Assembly (NCBI GenBank): GCA_040954595.2
Contig: CM082581.2
Location: 13,155,921 to 13,219,920 of the forward strand
Length of the DNA: 64,000 nucleotides
Origin: Balanoglossus misakiensis
Taxonomy: Eukaryota; Animalia; Hemichordata
Direction: 5' to 3'
The notes under the pieces were generated by a model that was not told where the DNA came from, ran no database searches, and saw only the letters and a list, made by a program, of their open reading frames with translations. Positions 35,237 through 48,400 of this stretch are shown piece by piece (position 1 is the stretch's first letter; every line of letters starts with the position of its first letter). The position numbers and the translations under genes were made by a program.

Positions 35237-38200
35237 TATTGACCCCAAGACGTGTTTATTTTACAGAATATGTCATCCCAAATGGTATTTTTATGAAGTG
35301 TACAGATTCAGTTGATATTTGCACAGACTATTAAACTAGGACTGAATAGTAAAACAGGTACATATCTGTATGTAGGCGCATTTTAGATTGGCTAAAGACA
35401 ACAGGGCAGGCTAATAGTTATCACTAATGCACCAAAACTGAGGTGGATCATGTTTTTTTGTATGTGTACAGTTTGTAGAATATTGCAATTCCATTGTATT
35501 ATATGTTCATATGTTTATGACATGAATTTTCGGAGAGGATTTAAGTACAGTGCTCTAGAAATATAACATGGTTCTGCAGTGTCAGTGTCAAAGTTGAACA
35601 TGAGGATTGGTGGGGTTGGGATTAATTCATTTTTATATTGTATAACACCACGTAATTAGTTACATAGTAGTCTGTTCTAGAAGTAGCATTTTCAGTAAAA
35701 TAAAGAAAGTATTTACAGTATCTTAGTTTGTCGTAATTTATATGGTTAGTGATAATTTCACCTTGTAACAATATTGGCTATAATTTGAAAGCTTTAATGA
35801 AGATGTTTGGGCTGGGTTGGGGCTATATTTAAAGAAATCGTCAGATTCATATATTTGTATTATTTCACACTGGAACTGCATTATGGTGAACAAAATCACA
35901 GGGATGGTGAAAGCATTGGATAATGCTGAGTCATTCTACCAAACCGAGAATGGAGATGTGCTCATAATGTGGGTTCAGTGTGCTGGGTACTGTACCCTTT
36001 AATGCAAGAGTTACAAGAGAATCTCCTGCATTAGTAAGTGGCATATGTGCCGAAAAGTGTTCTTGCGTTGTGTTGGGTGCTTTAGGATAGACTGAGCCAA
36101 TTCAGTATATACTAGTCGCTCTGATTCTTTGCTGGCACCCAGAATCATTACAACGCGATGTCATGAAAACCCTACACCACGCTTTGCTTTGTAAAATGCT
36201 GCATCATATTTTGCTTTAGCTATTGAAAGTTAGTGGGACACCTAAGCTTATTGAATGTACTCAATCATTTAGCAAGATTATTTTTATTGTAAATAGTTAT
36301 CATAAATGCATGTTTAAAATTTTCAACCAGAAACTCTTGAGGGATATTGTAAGAATTGTTTTCAAGGACAGCATAAATCTTTGTATGTTTGATCGTTTTT
36401 AAATATTATTGGTTGTCAGTTAGTTTTCATATTATATGACCAGACCAGGGTTTTTGGAGAAATCTCCTGCCCAGCAGGTAATGATATTCATCTTGTCTCT
36501 GTTCAGAGCTGCTGTTAACATTTTTGATTTGTAATTTGTAACAGTATATTAATTAAACTCACTCTTCAATGTTACAAAATTTACATTATTTACCTATAGT
36601 TTCAGTTTTCTTTTTATAAAGTGGGTAACGTTAAGATAAGATCAATTATGAACAGCCTTGCTCAGTCAATTTTGAATTTAGTTTACTGTATTAAAGGTTC
36701 CATACTGGCTGGCACTCAATTCGGGGTGTTGTCTCTCACTTGCAATTCTTTTCAATATATCCAATTCTCTTGAGTAGAGTTGAAGAGAACCTGTAGTACA
36801 CCATACAGCACTACTGTAAATGCATTTCCTTTGTGAGCTGTTCAAATCAGTCCATGTACACAATATCCTATGTTAATAAAAAATATTTGCTAGATAATCT
36901 TGATTTTTCTCGTCCTTTTGTGCTGGCTGCAAAGAATGTGTGGGTGTGTGTGCATAACAGAAGTATTTGTATTTCGTCAATTAAGCCCCATCATGAATTG
37001 AAACAACATGAGAAGACAAAATTTAATACAGGTGACAAGAAAATAAACTTTTTTTTATATTTCGATCAAAATGGAAGAGATCACTCCACTGGTATCACAA
37101 ATACATCTAATCTTTTCACTTCATAGTCAACACTGACTGCTCTTATCTGTACATTTACTCTAAACACTGAAACAAAAAACTGACTGACAAATGTGTACAC
37201 TGTTCTGTTTTCCTCAGACACAAATGTTTGAAACACATCTGATTGTTTACTGCATAGACAAAACTGTAAAATTGTCAGCAACAAGTGATCATGCCACAAC
37301 TGGTAACATTGACATCGACAGACATTTCACTTGACCATGAAGAGAAACAAATAATTGATCCGTCTTTCACATGGCTAAACTGCCAACTTTGATGTACATG
37401 TATACTGTATTTGACAAGAAGATGCAAAGATTCTTTCTTATTTACAAAAGATACAAACATAGAGCTTGTCTTCTGGAAGCTATATGAAGTAGAACCACAT
37501 AAAGATGATATATGTAACTAATTTTCTGTATTCAAGCCTGTTGCACTGAGCTGATATTGAGTACAGAGTGAAGACATCCAACCAAACTATGTGTATATAC
37601 TTAACATAGTGTTCCATTCTGCTGTGTTCAAATGTACGCGCACTTCACAATGAAATCAAACAACATGGGAAATCTAACAAGAGGGCTGTACCATTATGTC
37701 AACAGCACAAGGGGTTTCATAAAAGTTTATACAACAGCACCTGTACATTCACGAAGAATAGTACTGAAAATACTTTATACATCACAAAATCACTAAGAGT
37801 CGACTTTTAAATATCTTAATATCACTTTATGTGAAAGTATCACACGTGAAAATTAAAATCTGCACAGTAGCAATAAATAGTTGTAAAAAGTAAACAAAAA
37901 TAAAAAAGTCTGTAAATAAACTGATAAAATGATATTGTGACAGCACACCCATGGCCACTCACCAATGAAGTACAATGTTGTGTCTGTGATCACAGTGATA
38001 TGTGTGACTGCAAATAGAGTGTCTCAACAGTTTTTGCATACACATGGTCTGGAGGAAACATTAGACAAGGGTAATGGTCAACTAGAGTGCAGGCCAAGGA
38101 CCTGTTCAGTGATTTCGTCTTGACTGATGTTGCATCACAACCACTGTGCATGAAAGTGAAAACACATTTGCCTGCATATTGCACAAGATGCACACAGTCA

Positions 38201-39460
38201 CCATGTACATGTACTTCAGACAGTCTGTGCCAGAACATTCAAATCTTTCTTTCAAAATAGAATTGAAAGTCAAACTGGGTGTATGGCTACCCCTAGCAAC
38301 CAATTTTGATGAAACCAAAGTGAAGATATACTTTCAAAACAGTGTATATTCCTACTGTGAAATCACACTGTAAAGTTTATGTAACAGAAAAGCTTGCATA
38401 TTTTCATTTGTCTTTTAACTCTTTTGGACGAAAAATAAATAAATAGTTCTGTGCATGAAGTCCATAGGAACACATTTAAAAATAAAAAGTTGCAAAAATT
38501 GATCAAAACCATCGGTTATACATTGTATTTGATTTTTTTATGTATATACAAGCCATAAATAAAACCTGTGACTCAGCTTCATTTAGTTTGAACATGTCTC
38601 TATGAAGTTGGCAGAAAATTTTACTGTAACAAGAAATGTTAAAGAGGATATGTTATAAAACAAATCTTGGTATGGTTTGAATTACAAGTACTGAGAATGT
38701 GTTTGCCAGCTGTATCCACTTTTATGTCAATCTTTACTTTCAGAGTAAAACCTCTAAATTTAATACAAGTCCTTTTTTAATCACACAAGAGGTCATGTGT
38801 TTAATATAATTATTATTACATTCTGTAACTCTGGTCTGGAAAATACTACTGGACAAAAGGTTAGAAAAGACTGAGCTCATTAGTAGTTTGGAACAATGCT
38901 ATTATACAATGTAAATACTAAAGCTTCAGTACATGTATTGTAAAAGCAAGCATGGGTTTTGTTTCTATGCATATGTGATATACATATGTTGAAGTTTTCA
39001 CAGCCAACAACATATAAACCCTACAAAATACTTTAAAACATATATTAAAACATTTACAATGAATGTGTACATCTTAATTTCTTTACATAATTTGATGTGT
39101 CACTACCATCTAGCTTCTCTGCAACAAATGCATTATATAAAAACTCTAATTGTGGCGTTTTTTAAGTATAAACATTTAGTTACAGAAACTGGGATATAGG
39201 TACAATTTCATTTCTTTTTCTTGTTCAAGTTGTGACAGTTGTAATGATAAAATACTCTTTGGCATTGTCTTGATGCTAAAGAGTAGATATTAGCCTTTTT
39301 GTCTCGCTCGGGATATAAGCTGCCTAAGTCGTGGACAATGCACTTAAGTTTCAATGAACTCAAGAGTATGTCCTCTGTGTCTTTCGATGAATTATGAAGA
39401 TATCGCTTGAGCATTTTTTGTCCTGACCCCATACTGACTATACACAATAAAAGCCTCTCT

Positions 39461-42400
39461 TTAAAGTTGGATAAATTTTGTCAAGCAGTTCTTGGAGCGT
39501 AGTCTCATCTCTAGGGACACCATACTTCTGACCTGTCTCTCGCGTCGGTTCCCACGTCTCATCATGGGGATATTGATGTTGTTGAAATGGTCTCGTATCC
39601 TAGTGATAGGTGATGCAGTGGGACTGGATCTGGCAGATGAATTGCTGCTGTCTGCTTCTTCCGAGGCTTCAGACTTCGGGCTGGTTCTCACCTCGTTCTT
39701 CATCACTGCTGCGATTTTTCTGGCGTACTCGGCAAGCGAGTTTTCACTGTGAGACTTGATAGGGCTGCGAGGGATGGACACACTTGCCAGCAGATTGGAG
39801 TCGCTGTCTTCTGATGAGTTTGCTCCCGTCTCCGCACTGGTGCCAGAAATCGAAATTGATGGAGCAGCTGACATGCTTCCATTGGCTTTGTGAGCATCTG
39901 CTTCATCATTCAGACTCTGTGTGCTCTCCTCAGTGCTGGTCGTATCTGATTTCTCTCCTGATCTCTGATCAGTAAACGATGAGCTACTGCCACTGTCTAT
40001 CTCTTCTGGGATTTCCTCTTTTTGACTCCCCAGACTGTTGCTGTTGCTAACCCCAGAGGACGCCACATCAGTCTCCAAACTGGTGGCACTTTCCACTTTC
40101 TCCTCCTCCTCCTCCTCATCGCTGTCTAAAACAAAGCTGACTGCCGATTCTCTGGCCACCGATGGCGTGTCTTGCGCCGAGCGGGATATCTGTATGCTCT
40201 CAGCCAAGTCTCTCACCTCCGGACTTTCACTGATCTCTCTGTCCAGTCTCTCCATGGCTTTGTCCCGTAGCGAACGCCTGATGTCATCAAGTTCAAAAAG
40301 CGGGAAGTCCTCATTGATGTCGGACTCATCTTCATAATTGTGCAATGACAGACTCAGGCTGTTTCTGCGTGGGCTGGTTGCTATGATACCACAACTGGAC
40401 AGTAGGAAGTCATGTTCCTCAGTGTCAATTTCCCGGTCGACAAAATCTCGAGTGTCGTCGTCGTTCGAGTGTTCGCTCAACGCTCGTCCGTCCTCCTCAC
40501 CATCATCCAGCACGTCGGAATCATCTATGATGTCATATCCTTCTGTATCCGAGGAACTTGTTGAATCTTTGACCCTGTACTCATCCAGCTCAATGCTGTC
40601 AGTGCTATCCTGTGATTGGACTTTCTTCACCCTCATCTGCGGCGCCTCTGTACTGTTCCCTAACCTCTTCAACTTGATCTTCTTCATGGGATTGAAGTTG
40701 GAAATCTTGTTCTTGACGTTGCCCACATACGCCTTTGCTTGGTCTTTGGCTTTGGACATCCTGACCATAGCTACAGTGCCTGAGGTTCTCTGTGGTTGAG
40801 CTTGACGTGGTGGTTTCTTTGGGACCATCTCCCTATTGAGTGTTTCTCGCAACCATGCGCTCAGTCTGGTCTGAGAAGATATACTGATGATTTCTTCATG
40901 GGCTTTGCTCTTCTTCCTGAAAATAGTAAACAGAATTAAAACCGTGAGAAATTCATTTTGATCATTTCATGTCTCAACAATTATTTTGTGACTTAACTTT
41001 TGTTGGTTTTTTTTTCTGTGTTCTTTTACAAAAAATCAAATCTGAATCTGTTCAACCACTCTCACCTTTCCAGCTTCCCATCCACAACTCTCAAGCCCAG
41101 CGAGTTAGCGGCTCGTGCAGTTGCCATTGCCTCCGTGATGCTGTGAAAAATTTCTATCGGTAGAAAAAAGAAACCAAAATTAATCCTGGCCCCTGCGGTA
41201 TACGCAGGGGGAAAGTGAACCCCTTTTTACAGCGTCTCTATCCAAATGTTTCCACCAACTGGAGGTCTACAGTCACACATCCCAATATTCAAATGCAGAC
41301 ACAGGAAAAGAATGTCTCAATGCTAAAGATGCCATTTGTACAAACCTCTGGCTTCTTTATCACTTTTCGATGGCAGCGCTCTCAATGTGTGAAAATATCC
41401 GCTCTCGTTCCCGTACTGGTGGTGTACTCGCAAACAAGCAAATTTCGATTTGAAGATCGAGGGTTCCGGACCTGGAGTGGGCAACAGCACAGTTAACACC
41501 AAACACTAAAACAACTGTAATGTTCAATGCCCTGTAAGAAACTTTGAGCCAATGTGTTTCAAACCATGAAGTTAAATTGTTGTAATAAAGTGCATCAGAC
41601 AGAAGAATATCGTGTCAACAGGGTTTTATATGTTGGCATTCAAGTCAAGCAAAGACAGGAGAAATGAAGTGAAGTTGAAACAGAAAAATAAGAAGGGGTT
41701 ATATGTGATTTTATGTGCAGTTCTGTGACATCACTGTATAAATGTATCTCACACAGAAGTCGTAAAAATTCTGAGACAACTTGGTTGCTGGAATCAAGTC
41801 ATACGGTAGTGGCAGGGATTACTGTCAAAACTGATTTAGAGATGACACCACAGCTCAGACGATGACATCACACAACAAAATTGAAACACCATGAATGACA
41901 ATCACAAGAACATGATGTCATTACAGGTAACATAATGACATCACAATCACACATTACACAAAACATAATGACACATACACACGTTACATGATGACATCAC
42001 AATCGTACATCGCACACAACATAATGACATCACAATCACACATCGCACATAACATACTGACATCACAATAACACATACTTATACATGATGACAACACAGT
42101 TACAAGGATGACATCACTGTAGTAGCATGACTTATGTTTTTTTTTGCATCTGCAATGAAAAATATCCCAGTGTTGTTATGTTATGCTGGAACAGAAAAGA
42201 TATCAAATCTTGAAAGATGGCATGACCCTAAAAGAAGCAAAACAGTGAGTGAGTACCAGTCAGTTTTGTTTTTATAACCACAAAAATCAGAGAGCAGACA
42301 TCAGTCATACACTGTAACATTGAAGGATTTATTCCGGGTATGGAGGTAGGTTAGTCATTTTAATGGGTATAAGACAGGTCCTTGTTTTTTCTGCCCGGGG

Positions 42401-45400
42401 GTTGAGAGAAAGCAGGAAGCCGCTATGCCCTACAGCAAATACGTGAACTGCACCCGCCACAACAAAAGCACTGCACTCCACACCAGATATTATCATCCCC
42501 CAAAATGCCACGATGGTGAATTGTCATTAGATGAACACCACACTACATCGTAGATGAGTTCAGAAACAGACTGAACAGTCCGAGAAACAGAAGACACACA
42601 GATAAAACACACCAGTTTCGACAGAGCAAAGCAACAAGCAAAAGGAGGAGAGTGATGGATAGCTGGTTGAATGGATGGATGGAGGGATAGGTTCTAGTTA
42701 GTTTCCAAACAAAGGAGTTCAGGGCAGACAGGACATTGTACTTACATATGAACAATTGCTCAAATTGGAGTTCTGTTTCTCCTGCAATGTTAAAAGTGTG
42801 GGCAAAAGACGAAAAAAAAAATCTCTTTGTCATGCATGCTCTTTTCCTAATTGTAACATTTCATGCATTGTTTTTAGTTTAACAAGACGGCACACAGTGC
42901 TAAAAAACAAACCAAAAGTTAATGTCTGTGATGTGTGACGGACATACCAGATAATTATACAGATCTAGGTGTTTCATGCATTTTTATTCATGGACTTGTT
43001 GAATTGGGACAATGGTGACCGCCTCAGTGATGCAAAGCATGATGGGATATGCTGGTTGTGGGTGCAGTAAGCTTTGCTATTAACTAATCAAGTGTCTTCT
43101 TCAGTGCACGCTGTGCTGTTTGTGTTCATTATTTGCGATGTTTCATGGTGGTTAGTGGTTGTGTGTGCAGCAGTTTTGCTGAAAACATTAGCTGACATAA
43201 AAGACAAGGCAGACGACAGGCAGACATGTACATGATGTAGGCTGTCTGCGTTTATTCTCATATTCACCAGTGGCCAAATTCCTTCACCACACATACACCA
43301 CTGGGTGAGTTACTGACATGAAGGTCAAAGGTGACAAGAGGACTATGTGGACACACAGACACACACACACACAAGCTGACAGACAGACAGACAGACAAGA
43401 CACACAAACTGAATCCAGGTGTTTCACAAAATGCAAGTCTTGTCTAATGTCACCAGGTGATTCGTGGAAGGTCGGTGCAACATCATGCACATCAGATACA
43501 AATGCCAATCACAGGCAATTCAGAACATGAAACTACAAGCACCGAGGGTTGCAGTAACGTCAAATACAGACATACAGACTCTCCATGGTATTGATGTCAC
43601 AGTTTGTTACATACTCTACAACATAAAATACAAATAGCACAGGGTGGTTTGCTAAGTACAGCCACTCAAGACATGAAAGCACAAACATCATGACTTGCAA
43701 CACATTGCAGTCTCTTCAACATCATTGGAACAAAATAAATTTCCTTTGACACAGACCCACTACAGGAACTGGAAGAATATCCCAAAAGTGAATAAACCCA
43801 AACATTCCTTACCTATTTCAATCATCTCCAAATCTTCAATGGGTATCCTCTGATAGTGTGTCACCTTCTCTGCTTCATCACTGTACCTGAAAATGTTGCA
43901 AGAAAAAGAATTCAGATATTGCTGGGTCTGAAATGTGTAACAGTGCCGTCTGGTTTTCCCACACAATGTGGAATGATCGCAAACTTTGAAGCATAAGTTG
44001 GTTCAGCTTGTTCTAGTTAAGTGGGAGATGTGGCCATCAAGGTTCACACTCCAGATTATGCATCTGATGTTGAAGGCTGAAGATCAAAATCATGTTCTGC
44101 TTATCTGTGTGATATTAAATGATAACTTTTTAAAGTACATTTACAAATTAAGAATCACATTTCATGCCAAAAGAAATTTCAGACATGATGTCAATGAGAA
44201 CTACTAGCTTGATTCATCCTAGTACACCAACACCATGGCTGCAACATGTTATACGACTTCTTCGAAATGGTATATGATGCCCAAAATTTATTAGGCCATG
44301 TGTGTGTGCATGTGTGTGTGTTTGGTGACTATCAAAGTCTGAATATAAATGCTACTGTGGTCAGGACACAATTTGATATAATTTTTTCCTGTGTCTATAA
44401 TAATTATGTTAAAGTGGATTTGTTGAATAACACAACCAAGACCCAGGTTGTGACAACAATAGTGAATGACAACTAAGAACACAGACAATTGGAAAGAGAA
44501 GGTTTAGAGTGATTCATTCTACGTACATTATCACTACTCTCTACCAAGATGACAGTACACTTACAAATCTTTCAACAAGACATACCTACAACACCAGACA
44601 AAGTGAAGACAACTACAGAAAGGTGAAAGACTGAGAAACAGGACGGAAAAAAGAAGGACAAATCAAGGAAGAAAAACATGCGAGAGAGAGAGAAAAAAAT
44701 CTAGCAATACCGTGATGCCAAGTAAAAACTAGGGTGGAATTTTTTACTCACATAATTGACATGTGGCTACGAGGGAACAAAGTTGACGAGAGCAGAAGGT
44801 TAGAGGGCGCACTTCAAAATAACGTGATGGATGTGTATGTGTGTGATAATGAAACACAGAACGTAACTGGGCAGTTTGGCATTCTCATAATGCTTGCAGT
44901 GTGCGTGTGCATGTGTGTGTGTGGTATAGATGTTGGATGAATTAACTGTCTCTGGTTTGCATGATCAGTATAAATGTGAAGAAAGGGTGTACGGGCACCT
45001 ACTTGGCAATGTAAAAGGCTCGCTGCGTAAGGAGCAATATGACATCCATGTCTTGCTGTGTCATGTCTGTAGAAACTCTGTAGAACAAAACATGTAGAAA
45101 TAGGTCAGATATAAGAACACAAGACGATTCACATGTACTGCTGTTCTTGACAGTCTTAGTGGAAACATCACAAGTGAACAGAGAGAGAGAGATCTTACTG
45201 AGGATCGCAGTCAATGAGAGCCCATCCACCGAAACACTCTTCATTCTGTGGAAGCAACAGTTTCTTGCAGTGCTGTATCAACTGGTTGACGCTGTCATCC
45301 TTTTCCAGAATCCACACATCTTCCTCGGTTTCCGGCGACTTGGTGGCGTTCAGAATGGACAAATCTTCTGTCACCGGGTTTCCCTGCATTAAATCTGAAG

Positions 45401-48400
45401 GGAAAAAAATCCCCCAACATTACATGAAACTGCACCTTTAAAATCTACCTATCTAAACAACATAGATGTTCAGTCGAATTGTACTGGTTGATTGATGGAA
45501 ATGTGAATCTTCCAGACAAGTCAGCATGTCTCCAAAAGCAGGAGAAACTGTCCACTTCTCATAACAATCAACCAAAACAGCATCAGCAACCAGCCTTCAC
45601 TGCACTGCTGACTTTTTCCATATCAGAAATTCTACAGCCCCTAAAAAACATGACATAAGCACACATGCAACACTGACTCACCTATGACCACTTGTCTGTA
45701 TGCATCTTTGAACCTATTCTGTATGTACCTGTTGGCCGAATTATAACCATCCTTCATCACTCCTGTGAACTTCCTCTCCCCAGTCCGTGTGAAGTCCCCT
45801 TTGAGGGCCACAGTCCCAGCGTATTGCCTGCTGACAGCGTCTCCGTTGTTCGCCCACATTTGTTGATATATTGCACGCACGCTGGGCGTCATCACGGAAT
45901 CAGGAACCAGCATTCCAAGCTTTCGAAACTAAGAATGCATGCATTGTGTGTTAATCAACAGTTTTACGCATGAAACTCAATGTAGCAAATTGTACGTACG
46001 TACCACTCAACTATAAACATAATTGTGTTTTGGTGACAAAATATCAAAGTGGTGATCTTACCTGTGTATCTAGGACAACTCTAGCTATGGCAGTCTCTAC
46101 AACATTGGTCCTATCTAAACAATCCATACAATTGACACGGAAGACAGCTTCCTGCTCACAGATAATACCTTTATGATCAACCCTGTGTGAAAGAAAAATT
46201 ACAACACTGTAACTTTTAACACAAGATTTGCTCAGTAAATTAAACACTAAAATCAGGTACGGAATAAACATTTCCTAACATTAAAATTGAGGAGAGTCTG
46301 CTTACCAACAATATCTCATATCTTTGATGATGTCCTTGATGCTCTCTGTTAACACAGAGACATTTTCAAATTTCATTCCGCGGCTATGAAAAGAAAAAAA
46401 AGATGAAAAAAACTCCAGGGAGTGATCACAGCTATGAAAGCCAAAATTATTCATAATTCATTAACCCTTTGAACTGGCTCGGAACCAAATACAACATGAT
46501 ATATGCACATAAATCAAAGACAACTCACCAGTATTCGTGGAAGTCAAAACTAACATAGGTAAGTAGAGGACTGTTGTAATTAAGTATGTAGTGCACAAAG
46601 GCATCTCCTATGATCTGTTCCCGGCCGGATTGATCAACTAAATTAATGATGGCTATGTTCTTGTAAATCTGCAGCTCAGAGTCAAAGTGCGAACTGAACG
46701 CCTTCTCTGTCTCCTCTTCCCCTGAAATTATGAATTCACATTTGACGTTACATTATGATTTAGTTTTTCAATGTTCTGTTCATCAAATTTCGAAACTTTG
46801 GTCTGGTAATTGACAAGTGAGGTCCCCGAGATTCCTGTGTACTTTCAATAGACCTGAACATAATTGTATCCAAAATAATCACATTACATCTATTAGGAAA
46901 ACATAGAAGTGCAAATATTCTGTCTTTTGCAGCTGCTGTGACCATGTCCTTGACCATGAGCCTTACCCTTATCCAGCCTGGGAGGCGGCCTGTACTTGTA
47001 TCCTGGCTGACTCCAGTAAACAGGAACAGAGCCTCTTACAATGACAAATGACACTGTGTGGTGTGGGATAGACAAGATCTGCTCAGTTTCCACATAGTTG
47101 GCACAAGCACCAGTTTCATCTACTCCTCTCCTTTTGTACCTGGTTCCTGCAAAATAAAATGTGAGCGCCAAAAATTTAAAATCAGCTGTTCATATCCAGT
47201 AATGATCATGGAAATGTGACATGTGAAAGAAGGAAATGATGGTGAATATCGTCTGCCCGTGCCATCTTGCCAATTCTCCCTTACCTGCTCTGTGTCTGCT
47301 TCGTCTGGATATTAAAGTTAATGTAAATTGTAGTGGCTCTTTAAAAAAAGGTAGCTCCTCCTCTGGGGTGGATTTGTCCTCTGTAAAATCTAGCTTGCAT
47401 TGTTCTATTTGCACATATCCCTGAATTATTGGTACAATCCAATGGTCAGCTTGACTTGTGTCCTGTGAATTAAGATATATATGAAGTCTAACATGAAATA
47501 AACTTCTTATTTCAAGTCATAAATATCGTCCCCCTCACTGGAGTTCAAAATGGTGTATCCATTGAACACAGATACAAGAGGCCAAGATGGATTCTCACCT
47601 CTGAGTCTAGGATATCTTGAATCATGTATTTGTTCCAGAAAAATTTATCGTTGGCATTCCGAGCGGACGGCGAGTCTTTATTGCAGTACTGTGTTTGGAT
47701 CGAGTTTGTCAGATCGCCCGTTGGACTGTAGTAGAAGGAATCGCTGTCGCTGAACATCTTGTGTAGCTCCTCCAGAACTCGCCTTTCCAACTTCTCTCGG
47801 TCTTTGGTTTCCTTCTGTGGAATTGAACATTGGAATATGCATTCTGCAATTAGTAATATTACTTGTGTTGATTTGTCTCTGGATAATAGTTTTTGTGGTC
47901 ATTTGTTCAGTCTGTCGTAATGTGCAGCAGGTTTTCGCACGCAGCCTGCAGGGGAAGTGAACCTCTCAGTAAACAGCACAGCTGTGAGATATCCAACTTT
48001 GTACTGTTACCTTTTTGCCTTTGCTTGTGACAGACTTGATAGAGTTCCACGTCTTGATAAGTGCCTTCTGCTGGCCATCCTGAGAGGCAACAAGCTTCTC
48101 TGGCTTGCTGATGCCAAAATGGTGCTTCTTGCATAGCTGAAAAAATCAACATCATTGCATGAGGGGGTGTAACATATGAATGACCTTTAGATTCTTGCAT
48201 TTAGCAAATATGTGAATGTCACCGCTTGACACAGCATTAAAATATCTCAGCATGGTAGATCATCTCATGACCCATTCATCAATGGATCAATTGCAATCGA
48301 GTTTGCGTGACAACTAGATTTGTGAACAGGTGGTTGTAGGGGAAAACAGATGGCTTCAATTGATTGATGAATCCATTTGACATAACTTCACTGAAAGACA

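Noticed and set aside
41860-42120. CRISPR-like array
   Set aside because: Eukaryotic intron, degenerate tandem units without unique spacers, and no cas genes.
42329-42570. Alternative terminal exon or small ORF in the INPP5F intron, ending at an AATAAA
   Set aside because: The candidate acceptor gives an almost immediate stop and the 60-aa ORF has no recognisable features; support is too weak without reads.
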